Positions 9,881-21,056 of a stretch of 64,000 nt of DNA are shown here, piece by piece. The notes under the pieces were generated by a model. The model saw only the letters and a list, made by a program, of their open reading frames with translations, searched no databases and was not told the DNA's origin. Every line of letters starts with the position of its first letter. Position 1 is the first letter of the stretch. The position numbers and the translations under genes were made by a program. The stretch is from an uncultured Planctomycetaceae bacterium (GTDB lineage: Bacteria; Planctomycetota; Planctomycetia; Planctomycetales; Planctomycetaceae): the NCBI GenBank assembly GCA_963813715.1, contig CAWFAK010000009.1:256001-320000 (forward strand). The letters run 5' to 3'.

Positions 9881-10936
9881 CTAAAAGCCGTCGTTCGAGC
9901 GGGACGCCCCCATCTCGTGCACCATCGCCACCAGGGCTTTGACATTCGCTGGATCGGTCTCGGGCAGCACGCCGTGGCCCAGGTTGAAGATATGCCCCGG
10001 CCGCCCCCCTGCTCCCGCGAGCACGGCCTGGGTCTGCGCCTTGAGCGTCGCCAGGTCGGCCTGGAGCACCAGCGGATCGAGATTTCCCTGCATCGCCATG
10101 TCGTGCCCCACGGCGCTGCCAGGCGTCGGCGAGATCCATCCGCCAATCAAGGCCGATGATCGAACCGCCGGCCTCGCGCTGAAGCTGGAGGAGCGCCGGA
10201 TTGCCAGTCAGAAAATGAATCGTCGGCACGTGCGTCGGCAAACGCGCAAACACTCGCTGGGAATATGGCAGAGCGTATCGTCGATAGTCGGCCGGCGACA
10301 AACAGCCGACCCAACTGTCAAAAATTTGTACGGCCTGGCAACCGGCCTCGATCTGTCGCTCGAGATAGCCCACGATCGAGTCGGCCAATCGCCCGAGCAG
10401 CGCAGCCCACAGCTCGGGGCAGGCGTACATGATCCGCTTCGTGCGAGCGAAGTCGCGCGAGCCGCCCCCTTCAATCGCGTACGACGCCAACGTGAACGGG
10501 GCCCCGGCAAAACCCAAGAGCGGAATGTCGCCCGGCAGCTGTTTGCGGACGAGCCGCACCGTGTCGTAGACAAAGCCCAGCTCGTCTAGGTCGCAAGCCC
10601 GCACCCGCTGCAGGTCGTCGAGCATGCGGACCGGGTTAGAATCTTCGGGCCGCCGCCGGCCGTGTACTCGAGCTGAAAACCCATCGGCTCGAGGATCGGC
10701 AGCAAATCGGCAAACAAGATCGCCGCGTCGACGCCGAGCGCCTGCTGGGCGGTGAGCGTGACCTCCGCCGCCAGCTCGGGCCGCTTGCACAGCTCGAGAA
10801 ACGTGACCCGATCGCGGACGCGGCGATACTCGGGCAAGTACCGGCCCGCCTGGCGCATGATCCAGACGGGCGTGGTATCAACGGGTTCGCGCCGGGCGGC
10901 ACGCAGAAAGCGACTGTTATGAAGCTCGGGCGTCAT
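9881..10936 (-). CDS. hemE: Uroporphyrinogen decarboxylase (two frameshifts)
   Basis: [55 protein letters not shown]. Confidence 0.95.
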
Positions 10937-10955
10937 CAATCCAATCTTAGCAGTT

Positions 10956-11071
10956 GGCGAGCGGCCGGTGTCAGCCGGCCGGTTCTTGGCGTGTTCGGTC
11001 GAACGCGCAATCACGTTTTGATCGCGGGATTGGGGTTCAAAGAACCGGCGGGCTTACACCCGCCGCTCGCC
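10956..11071. repeat. Inverted REP doublet, copy 2
   Basis: Arms at 10956-10986 (compensatory stem change CGGCCGG/CCGGCCG) and 11041-11071 (TGTAAG loop). Confidence 0.9.
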
Positions 11072-11911
11072 CGTGCGATCGCGCTTACCTGGTAAGATCG
11101 TCGGCGCGGCTTCCAGCGTTTGGACGACCAGCTGGCCCATCCGGGTCGGAACCGCTTCGACGTCGACCGGCAAGCCCTGTTCGCGGATCGTCTCGCTCGC
11201 AGTCGGACCGATTGAGCCGATCACGCATCGCCGGGCGGCGGCAATCCACGCGACGCTCTGGCTGGCCGACTCGGCCACCTCCAATACGCAATTGAGCTGG
11301 TGGGCGCTCGTGAAAAGCAGCACGTCAAACTGGTCGGTGATCGTCGCCGCCACGGCCCGACGCAGCGGTTCGACGTCCTCGGGCAGCGCCCAGCGATAGA
11401 CGGGAATTTGCTCCACCGTCGCACCGCGCGACGCGAGCGCTTCCGCCAGCTCGTCGTTTGGTCGGCCGTATTCCTGCACGGCGATCCGTTTCGATGCGAC
11501 GACTCCCGCCGCCTCGAGTGCCGTGAGCAGTTCGCGCCACGTGTTGGGCTCGGCCGCACGAACAGTGATCGGCACTTGCCACTCGCGGAGCACGGCCGCC
11601 GGTTTCGGTCCGCGGACGGCGACCGTAGTGCGGCGAAGCGCGGCAAGAAGCTGTTCGCGGTCAAAACGCGTTTCGACTGCCTCCAACAGGGTCCGCGCTC
11701 CGACGCCGGTGAGAAATACCATTACGTCGAACTCGCCGGCCAGGAGTGCTTCAGCAAAGGCGAAAGCACGCGTATTCGACTCGAGCGGCACCTCGCGCAT
11801 CGACGGCACAACCGTCGCGGAGGCTCCCTGACGCTCGATCAGCGAGTCGCATTTCGTCGGCGCGGCGGCTCTCGAAGCTGCAAACTCGCAGAGAGTTCCC
11901 TGGCTGATCAA
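11054..11911 (-). CDS. hemD: Uroporphyrinogen-III synthase
   Basis: FLTGVG; RGPKP; VQEYG; PVYRW; FTSA; SIGPTAS; sits directly upstream of hemE; 5' end may carry an indel. Confidence 0.85.
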   Translation of the reverse strand: MISQGTLCEFAASRAAAPTKCDSLIERQGASATVVPSMREVPLESNTRAFAFAEALLAGEFDVMVFLTGVGARTLLEAVETRFDREQLLAALRRTTVAVRGPKPAAVLREWQVPITVRAAEPNTWRELLTALEAAGVVASKRIAVQEYGRPNDELAEALASRGATVEQIPVYRWALPEDVEPLRRAVAATITDQFDVLLFTSAHQLNCVLEVAESASQSVAWIAAARRCVIGSIGPTASETIREQGLPVDVEAVPTRMGQLVVQTLEAAPTILPGKRDRTGERRV

Positions 11912-11917
11912 CCACCG

Positions 11918-12065
11918 TCACCACATTCCCATCATGTAACCGACCCAGAACATCGGGTTCGCGGCGGCCAGCCAGGCGATCGTCACGAGGACGAAGATGG
12001 CGGCGACCAGAACGCCGCCGATGCAGCCCAGCACGAAAAGCGCACGGCGGACCTGTCGAGTTCAA
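11918..12065 (-). CDS. Possible small membrane protein
   Basis: Open frame VRRALFVLGCIGGVLVAAIFVLVTIAWLAAANPMFWVGYMMGMW*; a TTG start at 12065 needs a 1-nt indel. Confidence 0.3.
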
Positions 12066-12164
12066 CCCGACGGATGGAGCCGGAGTCAATTATAAAGAAC
12101 CGGTCGGCGAAGACTGTGGCGGGCCCCCGAAGAATTTGGCGAGCGTGCGATTCGCTCAGCGCAT

Positions 12165-12343
12165 TAAAAAAACGCCGCGAGTAACGGTTCTGAAACGGCC
12201 GACCGGATGAGCGGAGGCGCTTTCCCGGAATCATGCCGAAGCACGTCCGGCTCCACTCCCGGCCGGCCGTTCCAGTGCCGTCGGGCGAAGGTCTGGGTGA
12301 CGAAGAACCCAGGCTGTGAAGGGCGAGCAGCATTGCTCGCGAT
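12165..12343 (-). ncRNA. Candidate sigma54-dependent structured RNA
   Basis: Two short hairpins, then a ~115-nt hairpin capped by C(UUCG)G, then U7. Confidence 0.5.
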
Positions 12344-12353
12344 TTATCTCTTT

Positions 12354-12369
12354 GGCAAACGCTGTGCCA
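12354..12369 (-). promoter_or_regulatory. Sigma54 (-24/-12) promoter
   Basis: Minus strand TGGCACAGCGTTTGCC (GG-N10-GC, near consensus). Confidence 0.65.
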
Positions 12370-12541
12370 GCGAAACACAGAGTGTAAATATGTCGTTTTT
12401 CCCGGGGAATTTTGCAATTCTCGCTCGCGCGACGTTTTTCGCGGCGCGGCAGAGTGCCTTGACCTTATTCAACTGCTGTCGAAGAATCGGGCGAGTGCCT
12501 CGATCGCGGGCGGCGGACGTGCCGCGACGAGTTACAGAGGC

Positions 12542-12571
12542 TTGACCGGGCGGCGGACCGAGCCGTATTCT
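12542..12571 (+). promoter_or_regulatory. Possible sigma70 promoter
   Basis: TTGACC-N18-TATTCT upstream of the DUF1844-like gene. Confidence 0.4.
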
Positions 12572-12688
12572 GCCAGTGAAGTCGGGCGCTCGATCGGTTG
12601 GATTCTGGAAGCGTATGAGCCGTCCGGAGTTCCTCGTCTGAACTCGCCGTCCCAGGGCAGGCTGATCGGCGTCGATGGGGACGATCGC

Positions 12689-13249
12689 ATGAGCAAAAAC
12701 GAATCTGTGACCGACGAAACTAGCTCGTCTCCCGGCACCCAAGCTTCCCCAGCTCCCGGCTCACGGATTGAAGTCGCCGGCGACGAGGACTGGAAGTCGC
12801 GGGTCAAAGCCGAGGCCGCTGCTCTCGATCAGCAATTCCGCTCGCAGCCGCCAGACAATCCGTCGGAGGCATCGAAGCCGGCAGGACAGGCAAACGCGGA
12901 AACCCCGTCAGCCGCCACAAGCGAGGCGACCGCCGCCAGCGACACCCCCGACTCGGCAAGTCGCGCAGTCCCGGATCGGGAACCGGCACGGGAAATGCCC
13001 GAGCCAACCTTCGCGGATCTCGTCGCCTTGCTTTCCACGCAGGCGATGATGTTCCTCGGACTCATTCCTAACCCGGCAACTCAAAAGACGGTAACGCAGC
13101 TGCCGACGGCTCGATATTTCATCGACCTGATTAGTATCCTGGAGGAAAAGACAGCGGGCCGAATCACGAAAGAAGAATCCACTATCCTCGCCGAAACGTT
13201 ACACTCATTGCGCATGACTTTTATGCAGTGTTCCAAGCAAACCGGTTGA
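12689..13249 (+). CDS. DUF1844-like protein
   Basis: DEDWKSRVKAE; PEPTFADLVALLSTQAMMFLG.IPNP; ARYFIDLISILEEKT.G. Confidence 0.75.
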   Translation: MSKNESVTDETSSSPGTQASPAPGSRIEVAGDEDWKSRVKAEAAALDQQFRSQPPDNPSEASKPAGQANAETPSAATSEATAASDTPDSASRAVPDREPAREMPEPTFADLVALLSTQAMMFLGLIPNPATQKTVTQLPTARYFIDLISILEEKTAGRITKEESTILAETLHSLRMTFMQCSKQTG

Positions 13250-13346
13250 GAAGACGTTCGCTTTTCCCGCTTTGAAGTCCCGCGGGCGCTGGCCCGCTTT
13301 TGCTCGAAGAGATCGTTGCCGCCGTTCCTTCGAGTCGGCCCGCATT

Positions 13347-14629
13347 ATGAAGACGTCTCATCCCGCACATTGGCGGTCTTACGTCGACCCGTCGCGCTGG
13401 TTCCGGGTGTGGCATCCGCCGGGATGGACGCTCGTCGAATCGGGAGGCGAGGCGCAGCTCGTCGGGCCGGGGTCGGGCGGACTGTTGCGGATCGTCGGCC
13501 GCTGGCGCTCGAACTGGAACAAAGTCGACTTCGACACGATCGTCGATCCCGAACAGGTCTTCTCCGACAGCCGCCACATCCGCCGCACGCGCCGCTCGAA
13601 GGTCCGTACCCCTCGATGTGCACCGAGGGCGAATCGAACGACCTGGCGAAGCTCTCGTGGTGGAAGCGGTGGCTGCGGCCGCCAGAGTGGCGTCCCTGGA
13701 AGCTGTGGACCGCCCGCTATAAGTCCGTCTGCGTGGTCGCCACGTTTCAGACGACGGGCCGCCGCGATCCGGAGCTGGAGACGCTGGCGACGATGATCAT
13801 GAACTCGCTCGAGTTCGCGGACGAGCCGCCCGATCCGCCGCACATTTTCGCGGACCGCGTGGTGCGGATCGCCCGCGACCGGTTTCCGTCGCTCAAATGC
13901 CATCGCAGCGACGAATTTCGCGTGCAGCTCGGCGAATCGAACATCAATCTCTTCAACTTTTACCGCAACTACGTGCAGGAGCCCGAGCGTTTCGAAGACA
14001 TCATTCTTCCCGCGCTCGCCACCGTCGCGCAGGTGCAAAAGTGGGACTCGGCCCAGTCGGAACCGAGCCTGGCGTCCGTCCGCGGCCGCATTCTGCCGAT
14101 GCTCTATCCCGAGGAAGTCTGGCGGCGGAGTTTCCCCAACTTCGTCGGCACTCCCTGGGTGGGCGACCTGATGGTGCTCTACGTCGTCGATGAGCAGCAC
14201 GCCTATTGGTACATCCGGGACGACATGCTCAGCCGCTGGCACATCGACCGCGAAACGCTGCACGAGTTGGCCCTGGCGAATCTCGACCGCTACTTCGAGC
14301 GGCAACAGATGGAATACGTGATGGGCCGCGAGGACGGCGGCTCGATGCTGTTGATGCCCAAACGGCCCGATGCCTACAACTCGTCGCGGATTCTCAGTCG
14401 CCAGTTCTGTTCGGCCCTGCGGACGGAATTGGGGGCCGAACTGGCCGTCGGTGTTCCCAGCCGCGATTTCATCGTCGCCGTCAGCATGGGGCAGGCCGAG
14501 GCATTGAGCGAAATTCGCCGCAAGGTCGAAGACGACTTCAATCGCATGGATCACCCGCTCTCCCCGCGGCTATTGCTCGTCAGCGCCGACGGCGTGAGCG
14601 AGTTCCCGGAGCGCCCGCTTGAGGCGTGA
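13347..14629 (+). CDS. DUF1444-like protein (frameshift near 13590)
   Basis: INLFNFYRNY; RILPML; VLYVVD; LALANL; AVGVPSRD; N-terminus in ORF 13272..13796. Confidence 0.65.
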
Positions 14630-15395
14630 ACTGATCCTGCTCGGCACGGGGACCAGCGTCGGCGTTCCGGTGATTGGCTGCCGGTGTCCGATCTGCACCT
14701 CGACGAATCCCCGCAACCAGCGCACCCGCACGGGCGTGTTCGTCCCGGCTCCAGAAGGAAATTTCCTGATCGACACCTCGCCCGAGCTGCGGCTGCAGCT
14801 CCTGCGCGAGAAGGTCGAGCTAGTGCACGCGGCCATCTTCACGCACAGCCACGCCGACCACATCTTCGGGCTCGACGATCTGCGAATCTTCGGTTACCGG
14901 CTCGACCGGGACATCGGCCTTTACTGCGAGCCGATTGTCGAGCAGCAAATTCGCGCGGCCTTCAGCTACGCGTTCGCCCCGGCCGATCCCGACGCCCACC
15001 ATTTTGCCGTCCCCAAGTTCGCCATCAAGCCGATGTCGACGGAGCCCTTCAACCTCCTGGGGCAAACCGTCCGGCCGATCCGCCTGATGCATGGCAAGCT
15101 GCCGATCTTGGGATTTCGGCTCAACGACGTGGCCTACTGCACGGACGTGAGCGCCATCCCCGACGAGAGCTGGCCGCTTCTGGAAGGCTTGGAGACGCTG
15201 GTGATCGACGCGCTTCGCGATCATCCGCATCCGACGCACTTCAGCGTTGGCCAGGCGCTCGAAGCCATCGAGCGGGTCAAGCCGCGCCGGGCGTACTTCA
15301 CGCACGTCTCCCACTCGCTCGAATACGAAGCGACCAACGCCCGGCTGCCCGACGGCGTCGAACTCTCCTACGACGGCCAGCGCATCGAATTCTGA
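14619..15395 (+). CDS. MBL-fold metallo-hydrolase (PhnP/YycJ-like)
   Basis: LGTGTSVGVPVIGCRCPIC; THSHADH; YCTD; THVSH; SYDG. Confidence 0.9.
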   Translation: MRRELILLGTGTSVGVPVIGCRCPICTSTNPRNQRTRTGVFVPAPEGNFLIDTSPELRLQLLREKVELVHAAIFTHSHADHIFGLDDLRIFGYRLDRDIGLYCEPIVEQQIRAAFSYAFAPADPDAHHFAVPKFAIKPMSTEPFNLLGQTVRPIRLMHGKLPILGFRLNDVAYCTDVSAIPDESWPLLEGLETLVIDALRDHPHPTHFSVGQALEAIERVKPRRAYFTHVSHSLEYEATNARLPDGVELSYDGQRIEF

Positions 15396-15465
15396 CTACC
15401 ACGGCGACGAACCGGCGAGCCCTGCGACGAACGCTTACAGGATCTGGCGACGGTTTGGCATCGCG

Positions 15466-16342
15466 TCACTCCTCGCCGCCGGACACGGACAGCCTGGCGG
15501 CCTTCAACGTGTTGGCGAGCAGCATGGCAATGGTCATCTTGCCGACGCCGCCGGGCACCGGCGTGATAGCCGACGCGACCTCGCATACGGGCTCGAAATC
15601 AACGTCGCCCACCAGCTTGTCCGCCACGCGGTTGATGCCCACGTCGATCACCACGGCCCCCGGCTTGACCATGTCGGCCGTCACGAACCGGGGAGATCCG
15701 ATGGCGGCGATCAGGATGTCCGCCCGCCGAGTGACGTCCGCCAGGTTCTTCGTGCGGCTGTGGCAGATCGTGACCGTCGCGTCCGCCGCGGTTCCCTTTT
15801 GGATCAGCATCAACGCCATGGGCTTACCCACGATCTCGCTGCGACCCAGCACCACGACTTCGGCTCCCGCGATGGTCGTCTGCGATTCGAGCAACAATCG
15901 CTGAATGCCGTGCGGCGTGCAGGGCAAGAAGCGGGGACGCCCCTGCACTATCCGGCCGACGTTCTCGGGATGAAACGCGTCGACGTCCTTGAGCGGCGAG
16001 ACGGCATCGAGCACTCGCTGCGGGCGGATTTGCTTGGGAAGCGGCAGCTGCACGAGGATGCCGTGCACGTCCGGATCGGCATTACAGCGGGCGACGAGCT
16101 CCAGTAGCTCGGCCTCGGCTCGTCGTCGCCGCGAGCCGATGCAGCGTGCTCTTGAGTCCCGCTTGCTCGCAAGCCTTTTGTTTGCCGCGGACGTAAGTGG
16201 CGCTGGCCGGATCTTCGCCGACCAGGATGGCGACCAGGTGCGGCACGACGCCTGTTCGCTCGCGCAGCTCGGCCACCTGGGCGGCAACTTCGGCTTGCAC
16301 CTTCGCGGCAATGGCCTTGCCGTCAATAATTCGGGCGGTCAC
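15466..16342 (-). CDS. folD: Methylene-THF dehydrogenase/cyclohydrolase (frameshift near 16120)
   Basis: [52 protein letters not shown]. Confidence 0.95.
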
Positions 16343-16355
16343 GGTGAGGTCTCTT

Positions 16356-16901
16356 TCATTCGGCCGGCAGACTCCACGGCAGTGCGTGCCAGACCTTGAG
16401 CGTCAGCCACAGGGCCAGCCCCGCGTAGATCGCCGCCATCACGTCGTCGATCATGATGCCGAGCCCCCCAGGAAACCGCTCGAGACGGCGAACCGGCCAC
16501 GGCTTGGCGATGTCAAAGATTCGGAACCAGATAAACCCCAGGATTGCCGTTGAGAACGTCATCCGTTCCAGCAAGAATACAATAGGGACGGCCGCAATCT
16601 CATCGAAGACGACCGAGCCGGGATCCTTCTTATCGAAGAGGCGAGCGGCACGGTCGCAGAGGGGAATTCCGGCCAGAAAAATCGCCACGATTGCGGCAAT
16701 TTGGACTGCCAGCGGCCAGCCGGAGCGGTCCAGTCCCCACGCCAGGGGCAACCCCAGCAACGTACCGAAAGTTCCCGGCATGACCGGCACGAAACCGATG
16801 CCCAGTCCGGTCGCCAGAATGAGAACCGTTTGATCCCAAAGACTGTGAGAGCGCAACTGCAAATCTGTCGCCCGCCTCAGCCGTGACCACCTATCGTCCA
16901 A
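16356..16901 (-). CDS. pgpA: Phosphatidylglycerophosphatase A
   Basis: PGTFGT; KDPGSVVFDE; FRIFDIAKPWP; GGLGIMIDD. Confidence 0.9.
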   Translation of the reverse strand: MDDRWSRLRRATDLQLRSHSLWDQTVLILATGLGIGFVPVMPGTFGTLLGLPLAWGLDRSGWPLAVQIAAIVAIFLAGIPLCDRAARLFDKKDPGSVVFDEIAAVPIVFLLERMTFSTAILGFIWFRIFDIAKPWPVRRLERFPGGLGIMIDDVMAAIYAGLALWLTLKVWHALPWSLPAE

Positions 16902-17006
16902 CGGCCCGCCTAACTATACTCGGTCCCGCGCGGAGCGGCCACACGCCGCTCACTCTTACGCTGTGCTGCGACAGCTCCGCGCGACCGTTCCCCGTCGGAG
17001 CGATTC

Positions 17007-18794
17007 ATGTCCGCGTCTGATGTTCCCACCTCCGCCTCTGCCCCCGTCCCAGCCCCTGCTTCTGGCGCCGCGCACGAGCCCAAGTTCACCAAAGAGGAGT
17101 TCCTCAAAGAGGGGAGCTGCCAGCTTCGTGGCACCATCGCCCAAGAACTGCGGGACGACTGCGACAACTTCATCGAAGACAACGCCAAGCTGCTCAAGCA
17201 TCACGGCACTTATCAGCAGGATGACAAGGACCACCGCAAAGAGAAGAACGCCGACGGCACCCGCAAGGGCAAGGCGTACATGTTCATGGTCCGCACCCGC
17301 ATCCCCGGCGGAAAAGTGACTGCCGACCAGCTCCTCGCCGAGCTGGACCTGTGCGAGCGCTACGGTAACGGCACGCTGCGGATCACATCGCGGCAGGGGC
17401 TGCAGCTGCACGGCGTTGTGAAAGAGCACCTGCGGGAGACGATTCGCGGCATCAACCACACGATGCTCACCACGTTGGCCGCCTGCGGCGACGTCGAGCG
17501 GAACGTGATGTGTTGCCCGGCTCCGTACGCGAACAATCCCGTGCGCCGCGAAATGCAGGAAATGGCCGACCGCGTGGCCGAACACCTCAAACCGCGGACA
17601 ACCGCATATTACGACATCTGGCTGAAGGACGACGCCGGCAACGAGATCGACGCCACCGAATTCAAGCCGGTGGACGAGCCCATCTACGGTGCCCGTTACC
17701 TGCCGCGGAAATTCAAAACGGCCTTCGCCCTGCCCGAGGACAATTGCGTCGAGATCTACTCCAACGATCTGGGCTTTTTGGCAATCGTCGAGAAGGAAAA
17801 AATCGTCGGCTACAACGTATTGGTCGGCGGCGGCATGGGCGTGACGCCCAGCGCCCACAAGACGTTTCCCGCAGTGGCTCAGCGGCTGGCCTTCGTACCG
17901 CCGGAGCAAGTCGTCGGGGTGGCCGAAGCCATCGTTAAAGTGCAGCGCGACTTTGGCAACCGCGAGGACCGCAAGGTCGCCCGCCTCAAGTACCTGATTC
18001 ACAACTGGGGCGTTCCCGCCTTCAAGGAGAAGGTCGAAGAATACTTCGGCCACGTCCTCGCCGATCCGCATCCCACCAACGTCACAGACGTTGACGATCA
18101 CCTGGGCTGGCACGAACAGGGAGACGGCCGGCTGTTTTTGGGAGTGAACGTCGAATGCGGCCGCCTCAAAGACGAAGGCGATCTCCGCGTCAAATCGGCC
18201 GTGCGGCTCCTGCTGGAGAAGTACCAGGTCCGCTGCCGGCTCACGCCGATGCAATCGCTGATCTTCTGCGATCTCGCGCCGAGCGAGCGGTCGAACATCG
18301 AACGCATTCTCATCGATCATGGCGTCAAGCCGGCGCCGGAGTTGTCGCCCCTGCGACGGCTGGCCATCGCTTGCCCGGCCTTTCCGACCTGCGGGCTGTC
18401 GATCACCGAATCGGAACGGGTGATGCCTGAACTCGTCACCCTGATCGAGGCGGAGCTGGCCCGCCTAGGGATGCCGCAGGAGCGGATCGCCACGCACATG
18501 ACCGGCTGCCCCAACGGCTGTGCGCGGCCCTATACACCGGACATCGGCTTCGTCGGCAAGACGCTGGGCAAGTACACGATCTACGTGGGCGGCAATCTCA
18601 CCGGCTCGCGACTGGCGTTCATTTACAAGGACCTGGTGCCCTTCGACGACCTCGTCCCGTCACTCGTTCCGCTGTTGACCCAATTCAAGAACGGGCGGCA
18701 GAACGGCGAATCGTTCGGCGACTTCTGCCAGCGGCTGGGAAAAGAGGCGGTCGGCGACCTGGGCGAGAGCGCGGCTGCCCCCGCGAACGCATGA
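17007..18794 (+). CDS. cysI: Siroheme/4Fe-4S sulfite reductase hemoprotein
   Basis: HGTYQQDD; RITSRQGLQLHG; ACGDVERN; YLPRKFK; ACPAFPTC; TGCPNGC. Confidence 0.9.
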   Translation: MSASDVPTSASAPVPAPASGAAHEPKFTKEEFLKEGSCQLRGTIAQELRDDCDNFIEDNAKLLKHHGTYQQDDKDHRKEKNADGTRKGKAYMFMVRTRIPGGKVTADQLLAELDLCERYGNGTLRITSRQGLQLHGVVKEHLRETIRGINHTMLTTLAACGDVERNVMCCPAPYANNPVRREMQEMADRVAEHLKPRTTAYYDIWLKDDAGNEIDATEFKPVDEPIYGARYLPRKFKTAFALPEDNCVEIYSNDLGFLAIVEKEKIVGYNVLVGGGMGVTPSAHKTFPAVAQRLAFVPPEQVVGVAEAIVKVQRDFGNREDRKVARLKYLIHNWGVPAFKEKVEEYFGHVLADPHPTNVTDVDDHLGWHEQGDGRLFLGVNVECGRLKDEGDLRVKSAVRLLLEKYQVRCRLTPMQSLIFCDLAPSERSNIERILIDHGVKPAPELSPLRRLAIACPAFPTCGLSITESERVMPELVTLIEAELARLGMPQERIATHMTGCPNGCARPYTPDIGFVGKTLGKYTIYVGGNLTGSRLAFIYKDLVPFDDLVPSLVPLLTQFKNGRQNGESFGDFCQRLGKEAVGDLGESAAAPANA

Positions 18795-20439
18795 CCTCAC
18801 AAGTCTCCACGGCTAAACCGGGCTCGTCGCGGCAGGGTCGCACCTGGGAGTCGCTGCTCGAGTCGCTGCGCCATGACCGGGCGCAGATCGCGACCGGCGG
18901 CGGCCCCAAAGCCATCGAACGCCAGCACGAGAAGAAACGCCTCACGGCCCGCGAACGCGTCGCCCGTCTGATCGATGCCGACAGCACGTTCTTCGAGTTC
19001 GGCCGCTTCTCCGCGTGGGGCATGTACGGCGACTGGGGACCGGCGCCGGCGGCCAGCGTGCTCTGCGGCATCGGCATCGTCGCCGGTCGGCGGTTTATGC
19101 TCGTCGTCAACGACGCAACGGTGAAGGCCGGTTCGTTCTTCCCGATGACGGTGAAGAAGGTGCTCCGGCGCAGCGGATCGCGCTCACCAACCGGCTGCCG
19201 CTGATTTACCTCGTCGATTCGGCCGGTGTGATGCTGCCTCTGCAAGAAGACGTCTTTCCCGACGAAGACGACTTCGGCCGCATCTTTCGCAACAACGCCG
19301 TTTTGTCGGCCCTGGGAGTGCCGCAGATCTCGGCCATCATGGGCAACTGCGTGGCTGGCGGCGGCTATCTCCCGGTGCTCTGCGACAAGCTGATCATGAC
19401 CGAGGGTTCGGGGCTTTATCTCGCCGGGCCGGCGCTGGTCAAAAGCGCCATCGGGCAGGACGTCGGCCACGAAGAGCTGGGCGGCGCCAAGATGCATGCG
19501 GCAATCAGCGGCACCATCGACTTCCGCGAGCCGGATGACGACGCGGCCATCACGCGGGTGCGCGCCCTGGCCGCGATGCTGCCCATCGATCCGCGAGCGT
19601 CGCAGTTTCGCCGCGAAACGCCAATCGCGCCGGCCCGCCCGGGCGAGGACATCTATCAGATCGTCTCACCCGAACGGCAGCAGTCGCACGAAGTCCGCGA
19701 CCTGCTCACTTGTCTGGTCGATGCGGGGACGTTTCAGGAGTACAAGGCCGACTATGGCCGCACGGTTGTCTGCGGCTACGCGCGGATCGGCGGCTTTGAC
19801 GTCGGCATCCTGGCCAACCAGCATCATCCCGAAAAGACCCCTCGCGAGGGGCTGCAATACGGCGGCGTGATCTACCACGACAGCGCCGACAAGATGGCCC
19901 GCTTCATCATGGACTGCAACCAGACCTGGACGCCGCTGGTTTTTCTGCAGGACGTCTCCGGCTTTATGGTCGGCCGGGACTCGGAGCAGTCGGGCATCAT
20001 TCGCGCGGGGGCGAAGGTGGTCAACGCCATCTCCAACAGCCGCGTCCCCAAGCTGACCGTAGTTTTGGGCGGCAGCTACGGGGCGGGAAACTACGCGATG
20101 TGCGGCAAGGCCTTCGATCCGCGTTTCATCTTCGCCTGGCCCACGGCCGAGTACGCCGTCATGGGCTCGGCTCAGGCCGCGTCGACGCTCTTGGACGTGA
20201 ACATTGCCGCGATGAAGCGGCGAGGCCATGCCGTCGACGCCGCCGAGCTGGAAGAAATCCGCCGCAAGGTGACCGAGGCGTACGACGCCTGTCTCGATCC
20301 GCGTTATTCAGCGGCCCGCGGCTGGGTCGACGAAATCATCGAGCCGGCCAAGACCCGGGACACGCTGATCGAAGCCCTCGAAGTCGCCACCCGCCACGCT
20401 GACGACGAGCCCTTCCGCACCGGCGTGCTGCAGGTTTAG
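18791..20439 (+). CDS. Acyl-CoA carboxylase beta (carboxyltransferase) subunit (frameshift near 19165)
   Basis: LTARERV; NDATVKAG; LVDSAG; MGNCVAGGGY; GFMVG; GSYGAGNYAMCG. Confidence 0.9.
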
Positions 20440-20465
20440 ACCGGTTCACCGCCGTTCTAAAGCGG

Positions 20466-21056
20466 TCAGTCCTGCGCGAGCGGACGGTCCTTTTCGCTCT
20501 TCGTGTCGGCTGCAAAGCTCGTGCGGAACGCGTCGAGGTTGGCGGCAACCGTCTTTTCGGGGCCGGTCAGCCGGATGAAGTAGTTGCCTTCCTTCGTGGT
20601 GAGAATCACGCTCAGCGCGCGGGCCTTGGGCATCTCCTGCGTCCGCTGCTGGACCATCGGACCGATCGGCTTGTTCCACGTTCCCTGCAGATCCAGGAAG
20701 ACGTATTCCCCCTGCGGCGATTTCCCCGAGGTGGCCTTGGCTTTGCGGCCCGGCGGCTGGAACGATTTCACCCAGCGCTGAATGTTGGGATCGACGCCGC
20801 CCCCTCCTCCGTCGAAGTAGTAAACGACGAAATCGGCGTCCTCTGAATCGCCCTCGACCTTCGGCACCTTCATCTGGGCCTTGCGGAAGCGGCTGCTCAC
20901 TTCCTCTTTGTGCCAGCTTTCCGGCACGGTCAGGCTCAGGTCGCCGGCTTTGATTGTCTTGGTGTTGTCGGCAGCCCGCGCCGGCACTCCGTAAGCCAGG
21001 AGCAAACCGGCGAAGGCAAACGCGGCCACAGATGCAAATCGGGGTCGAACGGGCAT
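20466..21056 (-). CDS. Exported hypothetical protein
   Basis: Signal peptide (ARA-A); GGGVDPNIQRW; YFIRLTGP. Confidence 0.7.
   Translation of the reverse strand: MPVRPRFASVAAFAFAGLLLAYGVPARAADNTKTIKAGDLSLTVPESWHKEEVSSRFRKAQMKVPKVEGDSEDADFVVYYFDGGGGGVDPNIQRWVKSFQPPGRKAKATSGKSPQGEYVFLDLQGTWNKPIGPMVQQRTQEMPKARALSVILTTKEGNYFIRLTGPEKTVAANLDAFRTSFAADTKSEKDRPLAQD

Noticed and set aside
8907..10790. 627-aa ORF as a HemE fusion protein
   Set aside because: Only the middle third of HemE is in this frame; the rest is out-of-frame read-through caused by indels
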